Notes: generated by a model not told the origin, from the letters alone. Counted from the stretch's first letter, positions 7,771 to 17,785 are shown. The stretch: 37,615 nucleotides of DNA from an uncultured Dehalococcoidia bacterium (GCA_950072105.1 CATMOE010000036.1:1-37615), one strand, 5' to 3'. Program-made: numbers and translations.

Positions 7771-10074
7771 TTACGTCCCGTTCTTGGCCCAAAGAGCTTC
7801 CAGAACGTTGCCTGGAGACATGGGCAGTACGTCCATGCGGACGCCTATGGCGTTGTAGATGGCGTTGGCCATCGCGCCCATGGGAGGCACGATGCACACT
7901 TCGCCCACTCCCCGTAGCCCGAACGGATGGCCCGGATTCGCGATCTCCACGATCACCGTGTCGATCATCGGCAGGTCCAAACTGGTGGGCATGCGATAGT
8001 CCAAAAAGGACGAGTTGTCCATAACACCCGACTTGTTGTAGACGTACTCTTCGTTAAGGGCCCAACCTATGCCCTGAACTACTCCGCCCTGGATCTGCCC
8101 TTCCACGTAACTGGGATGAATCGCCTTTCCCACGTCCTGTAGAGCAGTGTAGCGGAGGACAGCAACCTTGCCGGTTTCGGGGTCTACTTCCACGTCTACG
8201 ATGTGCACGGCGAAGGAGTTACCCACGCCCGCCGGGTTCACGTTGCCCCGGCCCACCACCGGACCACCGGTGCCGATCAGCCGGCCCGCAAGCTGTTTGA
8301 AAGTCAGTTTCAGCTCTGAATCGGATTTGTGGGAAGCCACGCCATCGGTGTACTCCACGTCGTCGGGACTGACGTCCCATATCCGCGCGGCCCGCTGGAT
8401 GAGTTGATGTTTGATATCGGTCGCCGCTTCATAGCAAGCCCAGCCGGATTTGAAGGTCGCGCCGCTGCCGGCGCTCAAGGATGTGTACCCAACGGAGTCA
8501 GTGTCGCCGATGGTAGGATGGACGTCCTCGGCGGGAAGTCCCAGGACCTCGGCCACTTGCATAGCCATGGACGCCCGGCTTCCGCCGATGTCCGGTGAAC
8601 CTTCAATCAGGCTCACGGTTCCGTCGGCATTGACGCTGGCGGTGGCGCAAGCCGGCCCGGTTCCGTTGAACCAGAACCCGGCGGCGACGCCCCGTCCCCG
8701 GTTGGGCCCCTCGAGGGGTGTCTTGTAATGCTCGGTATCCATGGCTGCAGCCAAAGTCTCCAGATACCCTACCTTCTGCAACACCGGGCCGGGTATGCGG
8801 CGGCTCCCTTCTTTGGAAGCGTTCTTCGTCCGAAATTCCAGCGGGTCTATCCCTAGCTTTTCGCAGATCTCGTCGATGACCGATTCGGCGGCGAAGGCGG
8901 CAGCGGGCACGCCGGGGGCGCGGTAGGCGGCGGCTTTGGGTTTGTTGACCACCACGTCGTATCCTTCGATCCTCCCGTTGGCGATGTTGTAGGGCGTCAT
9001 GACGCACTGGCAAGCCTGGTTGATGGGAGACCCGGGGAACCCGCCGGCTTCGTACATCATGGTGATGTCAGCGGCGGTAATCATCCCTTCTTTGTTGGCC
9101 CCAATCTTCACTCTGATGTAACTGCCTGAGGTCGGTCCCGTCGCTTCGAACACTTCCGCGCGGCCCATGGAGACCTTCACCGGGCGGCCGGTTTTCTTGG
9201 AAAGCACCGCGGCCACCGGCTCTAGGTAGATGACCGTCTTGCCCCCGAAACCTCCGCCGATCTCCATGGGAATCACTTTGATCTGGGAGACCGGGACGCC
9301 CAGAACCAAGCCCGTAAGGTCTCGTATCTGAAAGTGGCCTTGGCTGCTGCACCAGATGGTCAGTTTGCCGTCTTCTCCCCACATAGCGGTGGCGGAGTGG
9401 GGCTCGATGTAACCCTGGTGCACGGTGGCGGTACGGAATTCCCGTTCCACGACTATGTCGGCATCTTTGAACCCCTGATCGGTGTCTCCCAACTCGAAGA
9501 AGAAGTGGTTGGAGATGTTGGTGGCTTTTTCTGTATCGTCGTCGTCGCGTAGCCCGCCGGGACGGATGTTGGCGTTTTCCAGATTGGCCAGCCGCTCGTG
9601 CAATACCGGGGCATCATCCTTCATGGCTTCCAACACGTCGGTCACGCCCTGAAGCACTTCGTAGTCCACGTCTATGAGAGAGATTGCGTGTTCGGCCAGA
9701 TGTAGGCTGGTCGCCGCAATGGCGGCTACCGCGTGCCCCTTGTACAGGGCTTTTTCGCTGGCCAAGCAATTGTTGCTTATCCACTTGGGGTTGGCCATGG
9801 CGCCTTCGCCCAAGTCGGCTATTCTCCCCCTGGGCTGGGAGAAATCCGCGGCGGTGACCACGGCCTCGACGCCCGGCAGAGCCAAGGCCCGGCTGGCGTC
9901 GATGGACTTGATCCGGGCGTGAGCGTGGGGACTGCGTAGAATCTTCCCGTGGAGCAGTCTGGGAAGAGTGATGTCAGCGCTGTAGCGCGCCCGTCCGGTT
10001 ACTTTGTCGTTGCCGTCGTGGCGTATGGGCCTGGTGCCCACCACGTTGAATTCCTGGTTGGAAAGTACCACCAT
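7771..10074 (-). CDS. Xanthine dehydrogenase/CoxL-family molybdopterin-binding large subunit (second paralog)
   Basis: DKVTGRARY, LRSPHAHA, HQGYIEPH, GGGFGGK, AYRAPG, GQIQGGVVQGIG and GLRGVGE. ATG 10074 chosen from the RBS; GTG 10083 is possible. Confidence 0.92.
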   Translation of the reverse strand: MVVLSNQEFNVVGTRPIRHDGNDKVTGRARYSADITLPRLLHGKILRSPHAHARIKSIDASRALALPGVEAVVTAADFSQPRGRIADLGEGAMANPKWISNNCLASEKALYKGHAVAAIAATSLHLAEHAISLIDVDYEVLQGVTDVLEAMKDDAPVLHERLANLENANIRPGGLRDDDDTEKATNISNHFFFELGDTDQGFKDADIVVEREFRTATVHQGYIEPHSATAMWGEDGKLTIWCSSQGHFQIRDLTGLVLGVPVSQIKVIPMEIGGGFGGKTVIYLEPVAAVLSKKTGRPVKVSMGRAEVFEATGPTSGSYIRVKIGANKEGMITAADITMMYEAGGFPGSPINQACQCVMTPYNIANGRIEGYDVVVNKPKAAAYRAPGVPAAAFAAESVIDEICEKLGIDPLEFRTKNASKEGSRRIPGPVLQKVGYLETLAAAMDTEHYKTPLEGPNRGRGVAAGFWFNGTGPACATASVNADGTVSLIEGSPDIGGSRASMAMQVAEVLGLPAEDVHPTIGDTDSVGYTSLSAGSGATFKSGWACYEAATDIKHQLIQRAARIWDVSPDDVEYTDGVASHKSDSELKLTFKQLAGRLIGTGGPVVGRGNVNPAGVGNSFAVHIVDVEVDPETGKVAVLRYTALQDVGKAIHPSYVEGQIQGGVVQGIGWALNEEYVYNKSGVMDNSSFLDYRMPTSLDLPMIDTVIVEIANPGHPFGLRGVGEVCIVPPMGAMANAIYNAIGVRMDVLPMSPGNVLEALWAKNGT

Positions 10075-10209
10075 ATCCTTCACCTCTTACGAGAGTAATA
10101 TTTTCTGGGACCTAGAGATTTGACTCAGGCCGAGCCTGAAAAACCGTTGTGGCGAATTTGTCCGCCCCATTTACCTCGGATATTGAACCAGTTCTAGCTT
10201 GCCGTCGAA

Positions 10210-11346
10210 TCAGGGGGGCTGATAATCCGGGTTGAGGTACGCTTCCTCGGGCATCAGACTAGTTTTTCCTTTTTTGGCCAACTCTTCCTCGAACCGCTGC
10301 CGGATAGACGGGTCCTCGTCGGGAAACTCGATCTGGTCACGGACCCTATCCTCGACCTTTTCCGCCCAACCCTCGAATTGTACCGGCGGATGAAATGCCA
10401 GGTACCGCGCCGATCCTTCCCCAACGTTGAAGTGTTGGTGGAACCAACGGTTTGGCGGCACGAACAGGCTTGCCTCTTGCCAGGGAAACACTATCTTCTC
10501 CTTCTCCTCCTCCCACATTATGGAATACCCATCCCCATCCGGGATCACGATGACGAAAGCCGGCCCGTGCCGGTGGGCTTTTTTGTAGGTGCGTTCGCCG
10601 AAGACCGACATGTGGGCGGCCATCTCTGAACCGGGAAATTGAACGTAGACCGCCCTGGTACCGATGCCGCGCATGGTATGCGCGGCGAGCTTATCCCACG
10701 CCCGCATGTCTGGGAAGAAGTTGCCGAACCAGATGTCCCTGACGCCCCAAGTGAGCTTGGGATCAGGAATCTGGGCGGCGATGGCCGCGGAGTAAAACTC
10801 CTTCTCACCCGTGTTGAGGCGATCGGCCACTTCGTCTGACTTGGTGAAATAGAACTCCGGGTCAGCCAGAGTGGCCATCACCATAGGAAGGCAGTTGTAG
10901 TGCAAGAGCCGTGCCGGCCGATCACCTTGTACGTTGGTGAACTGATGAGTATGCCCTCGTGGGATGAGGAACATACTGTGCTTCTGCCACTCGAAGGTTT
11001 TCTTGGGGCCGCTTCCGGCGATCGTGGTAAGTCCTCTTCCCTCAACGACGTATACTACTTCGTCTAGAGCAAAGGTCATCGCCGGGAGTGTTTTGCCCGG
11101 AGGGATCTCGGTTACCCGGATCTCCGACATTCCTTCCGACCCCATCATTTCCAGAAAGGCCGCGTTGCATTCGCGCTCCGGCCACCAGCCCAACTCTATG
11201 GTCCGCAGATCTTCGATGAAATATCCTTTATGGATCGGGATCCCGATGGATGACATCCATCGCCGATAGGGCCAAGGCCGCGACCTAACGTAGTTGGACG
11301 CTATATCGGCAATGGCCGCCGGGATGGTCTCTCGTGTTTCTACCAT
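10210..11346 (-). CDS. Bicupin-domain protein
   Basis: First cupin EVVYVVEGRG..FLIP..H.H.F.N; second cupin KKAHRHGP..VPPNRWFHQHFN. Confidence 0.8.
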   Translation of the reverse strand: MVETRETIPAAIADIASNYVRSRPWPYRRWMSSIGIPIHKGYFIEDLRTIELGWWPERECNAAFLEMMGSEGMSEIRVTEIPPGKTLPAMTFALDEVVYVVEGRGLTTIAGSGPKKTFEWQKHSMFLIPRGHTHQFTNVQGDRPARLLHYNCLPMVMATLADPEFYFTKSDEVADRLNTGEKEFYSAAIAAQIPDPKLTWGVRDIWFGNFFPDMRAWDKLAAHTMRGIGTRAVYVQFPGSEMAAHMSVFGERTYKKAHRHGPAFVIVIPDGDGYSIMWEEEKEKIVFPWQEASLFVPPNRWFHQHFNVGEGSARYLAFHPPVQFEGWAEKVEDRVRDQIEFPDEDPSIRQRFEEELAKKGKTSLMPEEAYLNPDYQPP

Positions 11347-11470
11347 CAGCCCTGTTCCTTTCTCTATCTTGCCTATACCTGGCTCGGCGAAGTTACTTCA
11401 CCGGGAATCAGATCGGTTGACATAAAACGATCAGAAAATCAATGTGAACGGTCCTAGTCGTGCCTGGTAG

Positions 11471-12535
11471 TTACTGCCAGCGGGCGAACGCCCAGCCGCC
11501 TCCGGTGCCGGCGGGGCTCCGGTACACGGGAACATAGTCCAGAATCTCCATATCCAGGTGCTCAGTGGCCCCTGAGGCAACTATCCAATTTCGAATCTCC
11601 GACGCCGCCGAATTGAGCCGGTGGCGCGGCAGGTTGTAGAGCTGTTCCGGGTCCTTCTCTTGCATACCTTTCAAGGCCATTTGGTCTAGCTCTTCGTCCA
11701 CCACGAAGTGGCTCAAGCCGCCTGACGCGATAACGGCAACCCGCTTGCCGGTGTCCCAGGACTCGATGGCCCCACGCAGGGCGCGGCCGATGTTGAATGC
11801 CCGCTTGGTGGTAGGCTGGTTGGGCGGGTAGATGTTCTGGAACAAGGGCACGATGGGTATTGGGTTGTTTTTCATGATTCGTTTGATGACGAAGGAGAAC
11901 CCGTGGGGCATGGTAAAGGGTCTTGGAGGAGTTTCTTTGACGAAGCTGCTCTCACCGCCGTGGACCGAAGGATACAGTCTGGCTACTGAACCGCCATAGT
12001 CCTCGCGGAACCGGCGGAACTGGGCGACGTCAACTTCTGCCTCCATCATGTACTCGATGATGTGGCGGCCCAGGCCTGAATCTACCGGTACATCCTTTTC
12101 TACGTCGCCCCAGCCCGCAGCCAGCGCCTGGGCTATGGGAGAATCCGACCCTTCTCGGTTGTACGGCATCAGAGGATAGTTATCTCCCCAAAAAATGGAG
12201 TACGTGGGCATGTTATCTTCGAACAGAAGCTCATCTTGGTCGTCGCTGATGATAACCGCCACGTCGGGAGCGGCCTCTTCTAAAGTCTGGGTTAACGTTG
12301 CGATGGCCTTCTGGATGGCCTTGTGCTTGGCTTCGAACTTCTCCAGGGAAATGTGCTTAGGAATGTTGGGGTCGGCGCGCTCCAGTAGCTCCTCGTAGGA
12401 ACACAACTCGCCACCGGGCACTGAAACCAGCTCAGGATTGTTCTTGTCCGCTTCTCCCATCAGATGCCAGTACTGAGGGTCCAAGCTTAGCATCGGAGTG
12501 TGTGAAGTGCCCAAACCTAGCACTAATTCCGCCAT
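11471..12535 (-). CDS. Extradiol ring-cleavage dioxygenase class III (LigB-like)
   Basis: GLGTSHTP, IISDDQ.E, PHG, NQP, IASGGLSH and SEIRNW. GGAGG RBS. Confidence 0.85.
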   Translation of the reverse strand: MAELVLGLGTSHTPMLSLDPQYWHLMGEADKNNPELVSVPGGELCSYEELLERADPNIPKHISLEKFEAKHKAIQKAIATLTQTLEEAAPDVAVIISDDQDELLFEDNMPTYSIFWGDNYPLMPYNREGSDSPIAQALAAGWGDVEKDVPVDSGLGRHIIEYMMEAEVDVAQFRRFREDYGGSVARLYPSVHGGESSFVKETPPRPFTMPHGFSFVIKRIMKNNPIPIVPLFQNIYPPNQPTTKRAFNIGRALRGAIESWDTGKRVAVIASGGLSHFVVDEELDQMALKGMQEKDPEQLYNLPRHRLNSAASEIRNWIVASGATEHLDMEILDYVPVYRSPAGTGGGWAFARWQ

Positions 12536-12696
12536 GTTTCAGCCTCCCGTACAGACCGCTGTATTTCAGCCATGATTCCTTAGAGCGGACCATTTCCACA
12601 TCGTGGCGTCTGGTCCCTTGCAGTTTACCAGTAACGGCGCTGGGTGCGAAGGGCCGGCGGCGCCGATCTCTGTCGAGCCGGAATGTGCTGCAAAGC

Positions 12697-12882
12697 TCAT
12701 TTGAAGGCCGGCATCACTTTTTCGGTCAGAAGCCGCATGGAGTTAAGCTCTAACTCTTGAGGTATCTGACCGCCGAAGTTCAAGTCGAGCAGAAAGCCGG
12801 TTACCCCCATACGGTCCCGAAACTCTCCCAGCCGGTCAATCATTTCTTCGGGAGAGCCGTACGCCATCCGGGTCTCCCTCAC
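12697..12882 (-). pseudogene. C-terminal fragment of an LLM-class monooxygenase
   Basis: AYGSPEEMIDRL..F.DRMGV...GGQIPQE..LNSMRLL.EKVMPAF is a typical LLM C-terminus. Only 61 aa, starting directly after the MetE-like stop. Confidence 0.7.
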
Positions 12883-12893
12883 CTGGGCTCAGA

Positions 12894-14041
12894 TCAGCTT
12901 GAGCGAGGCCAGAGCTGCTCGGACGCCAACCGCGCTCCTTCGGCCATGGCGCGGAATTTGGCCCAGACGATCTCAGGTTCCACCTGATAGTTTGTCCTGG
13001 CGAAGGTGCCGAACCCGCAGTCGGACCCGGCGATGACGTTTTCCTTGCCTACTAGCTCGGCGTAGCGGACGATGCTTTGGGCCACCAGTTTGGGATGCTC
13101 GATGTAGTTGGTGGTGGAGTCCAGCACACCGGGGATGATGATCTTGCCATCGGGAAGCTTGACGTTCTTGAACACTTCCCATTCGTGCTCGTGGCGCGGG
13201 TTCGCCCTTCGAAAGAGAAAGCTTGAGGACGGGCTTTGAGTACGGCGCCGAGGATTTCCTCAATGGGGATGTCCCGATGATGGGGTCCTTCGTAGTTGCC
13301 CCAACACAGGTGCATCCTGACCGCTTCAGGCGGTATGTCCGACAATGCGTGGTTAAGGACCTCAATGTTGGCCTCGGCGATTTTCACGAAATCCTGGTTG
13401 CTGATGTCAGGAAACATCAGATGGCGGGCCATCGCCAAGTCCGGGCAGTCCACCTGAAGCAGAAAGCCGGCTTGGTGGATGGCGTTGTACTCTTCCTTCA
13501 TCACGTCGGCCAACCGCGCCAGGTAGGCTTCCCGGGTCGGGTAGTACCGATTCAGCAAGAAATGGGCTATTACCCCGGGCGACGCTGCGGTCATGAATGC
13601 TTCCGCTGGGGGAGACGCCGACACGGCAGCTTTGAAATTGGCGACGTCTTTCTGCACCGCCTCCCGGTCTTTCCAGTCGATGGGACCGTCACAGGCGGGA
13701 CGGATCACTGTGGACGGCCTGGGTATGCGGGCGACGGCCTCGGGAAAGTCGGCCCAGTCCGACCGGGCGGTTGCCGATCCTTCGCCATCGAACCCAGTCA
13801 GCCGGTGCCTGACGTAGGTTGAGTATCCGACTTTACCCTGTTCGCCGTCGCTAACCACGTCCACCCCGGCATCCACCTGTATCTTGACTACCTCGGCTAC
13901 CGCTTCTCGGACACGGCTCTCAAACTTCTCCCCGTCAGGCAGCTCACCAGAGTCGAATTCCTCCAGCATGGCCGACAGATCCATCGGCCGGGGCAGGCTG
14001 CCGGTATGCGTGGTGAGAATGCGGTCGATGCTGCGTTTCAT
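12894..14041 (-). CDS. Cobalamin-independent methionine synthase II-like (MetE catalytic domain) protein, frameshifted
   Basis: ILTTHTGSLPRP, DGEQGK, QVDCPD, MHLCWGN, then in another frame NPRHEHEW, IIPGVLD and GSDCGF. One extra G at 13205-13207 restores FEGANPRHEHEW. Confidence 0.85.
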
Positions 14042-14091
14042 AGTTGTACTCCAGGGAGAAGGCTTCACCAAGCTGATCCGGTTGAGCGCAG

Positions 14092-14100
14092 ATTGTACCA
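14092..14100 (-). promoter_or_regulatory. Extended -10 promoter element for the MetE-like gene
   Basis: TGgTACAAT on the minus strand about 50 nt upstream of the ATG at 14041. Confidence 0.45.
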
Positions 14101-14124
14101 CGGCTGTTTTTCCAGCCCCTGGAG

Positions 14125-15069
14125 ATGCAGCGTCAGGCGGGGATGGATGTCTTCACCGATGGCGAGTACCGGCGTACTGAGTTCCGTAGCGTTTTCGCCG
14201 ACGCGGTTGGGGGCATGGTGGAGATCGCTCCGGCGGAGCAAGCGGACGCGCCCCTTGGCGGGGTTAACTCGGTCACGTTGATAGCGGACAAAGTAGAAAG
14301 GCTCCGGCGGCTAACGGCTCACGAGTCCGGCTTCTTGAACCAACACGCGGAAACCCCGTTCAAGATTACCTTGCCGTCGGTCAGCCAGACCGTGAGTTCA
14401 TTCTACCGGCACGGGGTAGGCGAAACGGCGTATCCAGATACCGCGGCCTTGTATCCGGATATTATTGGTATCCTGCGCCAAGAGATAGAGGACCTGGTGA
14501 CTGAAGGTGTCTCTTACATCCAGATCGACGCGCCCCGCTACACCTATTTTGTGGATGAACGTTGGCGGCAGCGGTTCAGAGATCAGGGTGAAGACCCGGA
14601 TCTGATCATCGATGAGGGGATCTATGCGGACAATGCTTCGTTATCCGGAATCGATTTACAGGGGACGATCCTGGCGATGCACCTTTGCCGGGGCAATAAC
14701 CGGGGTGCTTGGTTTGGCGAGGGTGACTACTCTCCGATAGCCGACAAGATTTTCAACGCCATAAACATCGATCGATTTCTCCTGGAATTCGACAGCGATC
14801 GCTCCGGAGGATTCGAGCCCTTAAGGTTTGTGCCCAGAGACAAAACCGTGGTCCTGGGATTGATAACCACCAAGACCGGACCACCGGAGGAGATCGACGA
14901 ACTGCTCCGCCGCATAGAGGAAGCGTCATAGGACTTTCCCATGGAGAACCTGGCGATCAGCCCCCAGTGCGGTTTCGCCACATTCTTTGAAAGCAACCCC
15001 CTGTCGTGGGAGCAGCAACGCCGCAAGCTGGAACTGGTGGTAGAGACGGCGCGGCGGGCGTGGGGATGA
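14125..15069 (+). pseudogene. Second MetE-like gene, 5'-truncated, with an in-frame TAG
   Basis: DVFTDGEYRR, IQIDAPRY, MHLCRGN, LLEFD..RSG.FEPL and VLGLITTK. TAG at 14929-14931 is followed in frame by DFPMENLAISPQCGFA..ARRAWG*. The N-terminal HVGS..RP segment is absent. Confidence 0.8.
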
Positions 15070-15163
15070 CCGGTTGTTTCTGAGACAGGTCCAGTCTGCA
15101 AAACCGAGCCTGGCTTATCGGACTAGATGAGCCGCCTTCGACCCCCACCCCCCCTCCGATTTT

Positions 15164-16626
15164 TTACTGGCCGGGGCCGATATTTAGCAACGCCTGCCGT
15201 AAGATGCTCATGGTGACCGGCTTGCCCAATACCAAGTCCACTCCTTGGGGAGTATCAACGGTTCCCATCATGTCGCCAAGTCCGGTCAACATGATTACCC
15301 GTTGGCTGGCGGAGAGTTCCTTCATGGCAGATGTCATTTGGTCTCCGTTCATGTCGGGCATCGCCCGGTCAGTCACAACCAGGTCATAATTCCCTTCACG
15401 GAACTTCTCCAAGCCCTGGATCCCGCCGGTTGCCAGATCAACTGTGTGGCCCAGGGTGCGTAACATACGGCCCAGAGTTCCTAGAGCCGCGGAATTATCG
15501 TCTACCGCTAAAATGTGTAACGGGCTAGACGTTGTGTTCTGGGCAAGCTCAGATTCCGTGGACGCGTTGGTTTCCGATCGAAGGCGGATAGAGAACGTCG
15601 TCCCCTTGCCTAGCTCGCTATCAACGTCGATGGTGCGCTGGCTCCGCAGGATGATTCCATAGGCCATCGCCAACCCTAATCCCGTCCCACGCCCTTAGTG
15701 GTGAAAAATGGGTCCAGGCACCGCTGGCGGACCTCGTCTGTCATCCCAATACCCGTGTCACTCACCTCGATAGCGACCATTTCGCCTTCGGTTCGCGTGC
15801 GAAAGGTTATGGTTCCACCTTCGGGCATCGCATCCGCCGCGTTCATGATCATGTTGGTCAAAACTTCCCGCAGTTCAGACTCATTTATGGAGACAGTTGG
15901 GACTTCCTGCAAAACGGTATCGATATCGATCGCTCGGCCTTCCGCCTGGGCCTGAACCCTCCAATGGGGCCGGGTCAGATCGATACTGCTCTTTATCACC
16001 TCGTTTACGTCAACGATTTCGACGACATCTTCGGCTTGTGCCCCACGGTAGAACCCCCGCAATCGCCGGACCACGCTGGCCGCGTCTAGGGCTGAGGTAC
16101 GAATCGTCTGGAGGGAATCGATCAATTCCTCCCTGTCGTCCAAGATCGTCGGCGCCTCAAGCAACAGTTCAACGCTTCCCAGGATCGGCGATAGGGCGTT
16201 GTTGAAATCGTGGGCTACGCCGCTGGCCATTTGCCCCATCGCTTGCATTCTTTCCTGCTGCACCAATTGCTGTTGCATATCCCTCAGTTCTTAGAGGGTT
16301 TCCGCGAGACGAACTTCCGCCGATCTTCGCTCATCGATCTCCGTCGTAAGCCTGAGGTTGGTTTCCCTTAGCTCCTCGACTCTTTCCACCACTCTGGATT
16401 CGAGCCCGGTATTGGCCAGCTTTAGCTCACCCTGTTGTTGAGATATAGTCTTCGATCCGTTCAATAAAATGACGATCAGCGCGAAAGACAGTACTAGGAA
16501 GCCAACTCCAGGAGAGACATCAAGTCTTGCGCGAATCATTAAGCCAAGTACTAACACGATGGTAAATATTATGACAAAGCAGGCGACTGAAAACTGGAAG
16601 AGTAGATTTTTCGACAATTCTCTCAT
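15164..16626 (-). pseudogene. Membrane hybrid sensor histidine kinase (2 TM-HisKA-HATPase-REC), disrupted twice
   Basis: Two TM segments and a coiled coil, in-frame TAA at 16291-16293 (LAETL*ELRDMQQQ), H-box VAHDFNN, N-box NMIMNA, G1 DTGIGM, F-box PFFTTK, a frameshift near 15686-15688 inside GTGLGL, then a REC domain (AVDD, TDRAMP, KP). Confidence 0.82.
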
Positions 16627-16784
16627 GTGTTTAACTCCAGGTCCCATTGTCAACGAGTTCCCAGTGAACCCGCGCCGGCACTAACAATCGCGGATGCTGT
16701 CGCCGATATCCGGTAAGCCGGTTAGGTGCTGGGGCTTGGCTGGTTGGATTTAACATAGCTGAGTTAACCAAAATGTTTGTCAGC

Positions 16785-17420
16785 CTAATCCGTCCGGTGG
16801 GCATTTGGGGCATCGTTTATGAATCCCGTGGCAAGATCGGCCAGGCTGTTGAGTCCGGAATCGATATCCGACACTGCTCTCTGCAGTCCCACATATGCTT
16901 GCGGAATCTCTTGCTCTCGCGCCATGAGGGACTGGACAACGGTGTTCAAAGCGGCGAGTACGCCTCTGCTCTGTTCAAGCCGCAGGTTCAACTCGCTGAC
17001 CATGTGTTCCAGGTGCTGGCGGTACGCCTTATTCTCTACAAGGATGGCACGGCGCGATAATGCCTTTTCTATCCGGTAGACCAATAGAGATACGCCCACC
17101 GGCTTGGAGAGAAAATCATCGGCGCCTTGCCGCATCGCGTAAACCGCGGTACCTAATTCTTCATTGCCGGATACCATGATGACCGCCATATCCGGATAGT
17201 TTTCGACAAGCGCAGCTAGCAGGAACAACCCGGTCTCTCCGGGCATGGCGATGTCCAGGAGGATGAGATCAAACCCCTCCTGTTGTAGGATTTGATTGGC
17301 CTCGTCGGCGTTCCCGGCTGTAGCGCAATGATAGCCGTGTAAACGCAATCCTTTCGCGAAAACTTCCCGTATTGGCGCCTCGTCGTCCACTACTAAAATA
17401 CGCTGGTTGCCCTGAGGCAT
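16785..17420 (-). CDS. Response regulator (REC domain plus helical/coiled-coil C-terminus)
   Basis: ILVVDDE, LLDIAMPG, MVSG and GADDFLSKP. No recognisable DNA-binding or enzymatic output domain. GAGGTG RBS. Confidence 0.88.
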   Translation of the reverse strand: MPQGNQRILVVDDEAPIREVFAKGLRLHGYHCATAGNADEANQILQQEGFDLILLDIAMPGETGLFLLAALVENYPDMAVIMVSGNEELGTAVYAMRQGADDFLSKPVGVSLLVYRIEKALSRRAILVENKAYRQHLEHMVSELNLRLEQSRGVLAALNTVVQSLMAREQEIPQAYVGLQRAVSDIDSGLNSLADLATGFINDAPNAHRTD

Positions 17421-17691
17421 GATCCACCTCTAAAGAGATTATCGCGATTGGCGTCACGAGAAGCGGGAAGTTATGCCGATGAATTTCCGGCCATTGGCTT
17501 ACATCGCCCGATACGAGTCTTCGCAATAGTACACCTATATTCTCAAATGATATGTTTTGTCATTTCGTAGAACTACTGGGAAATCACACTGGATGGGGAA
17601 GGCTCGTCCGTACCTAACTCCAGAGGCCAGCTTTGATTCGCGGTATTAAAGCCGCCAGGTCTTGAAGCGATTCAGAAACAAGGCCCGGGGC

Positions 17692-17741
17692 TCGACATGC
17701 TCACCACGAACGTAAGAAAACTCGCTCGTCCCGAGCCTGTC
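17692..17741. repeat. Degenerate REP-like palindromic element
   Basis: GACATGCTCACCACGAACG versus CGCTCGTCCCGAGCCTGTC: inverted, 14 of 19 positions match. Resembles TTCGAC.AGCTCA...CGAACG-type intergenic repeats recalled from other bacteria. Confidence 0.5.
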
Positions 17742-17785
17742 CCAGGACTCGTCTAACCCGCTTCAAGCGATATGAGATTTCGGCC

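Noticed and set aside
36..10074. Calling either Mo subunit coxL (CO dehydrogenase)
   Set aside because: Active-site loops are SYRAPG and AYRAPG, not AYxCSFR or AYxGAGR, and no coxMS genes are present.
14929..16293. Genetic-code reassignment to explain the in-frame TAG and TAA
   Set aside because: The two stops are different codons, both codons end intact genes elsewhere in the window, and both affected genes carry other lesions.
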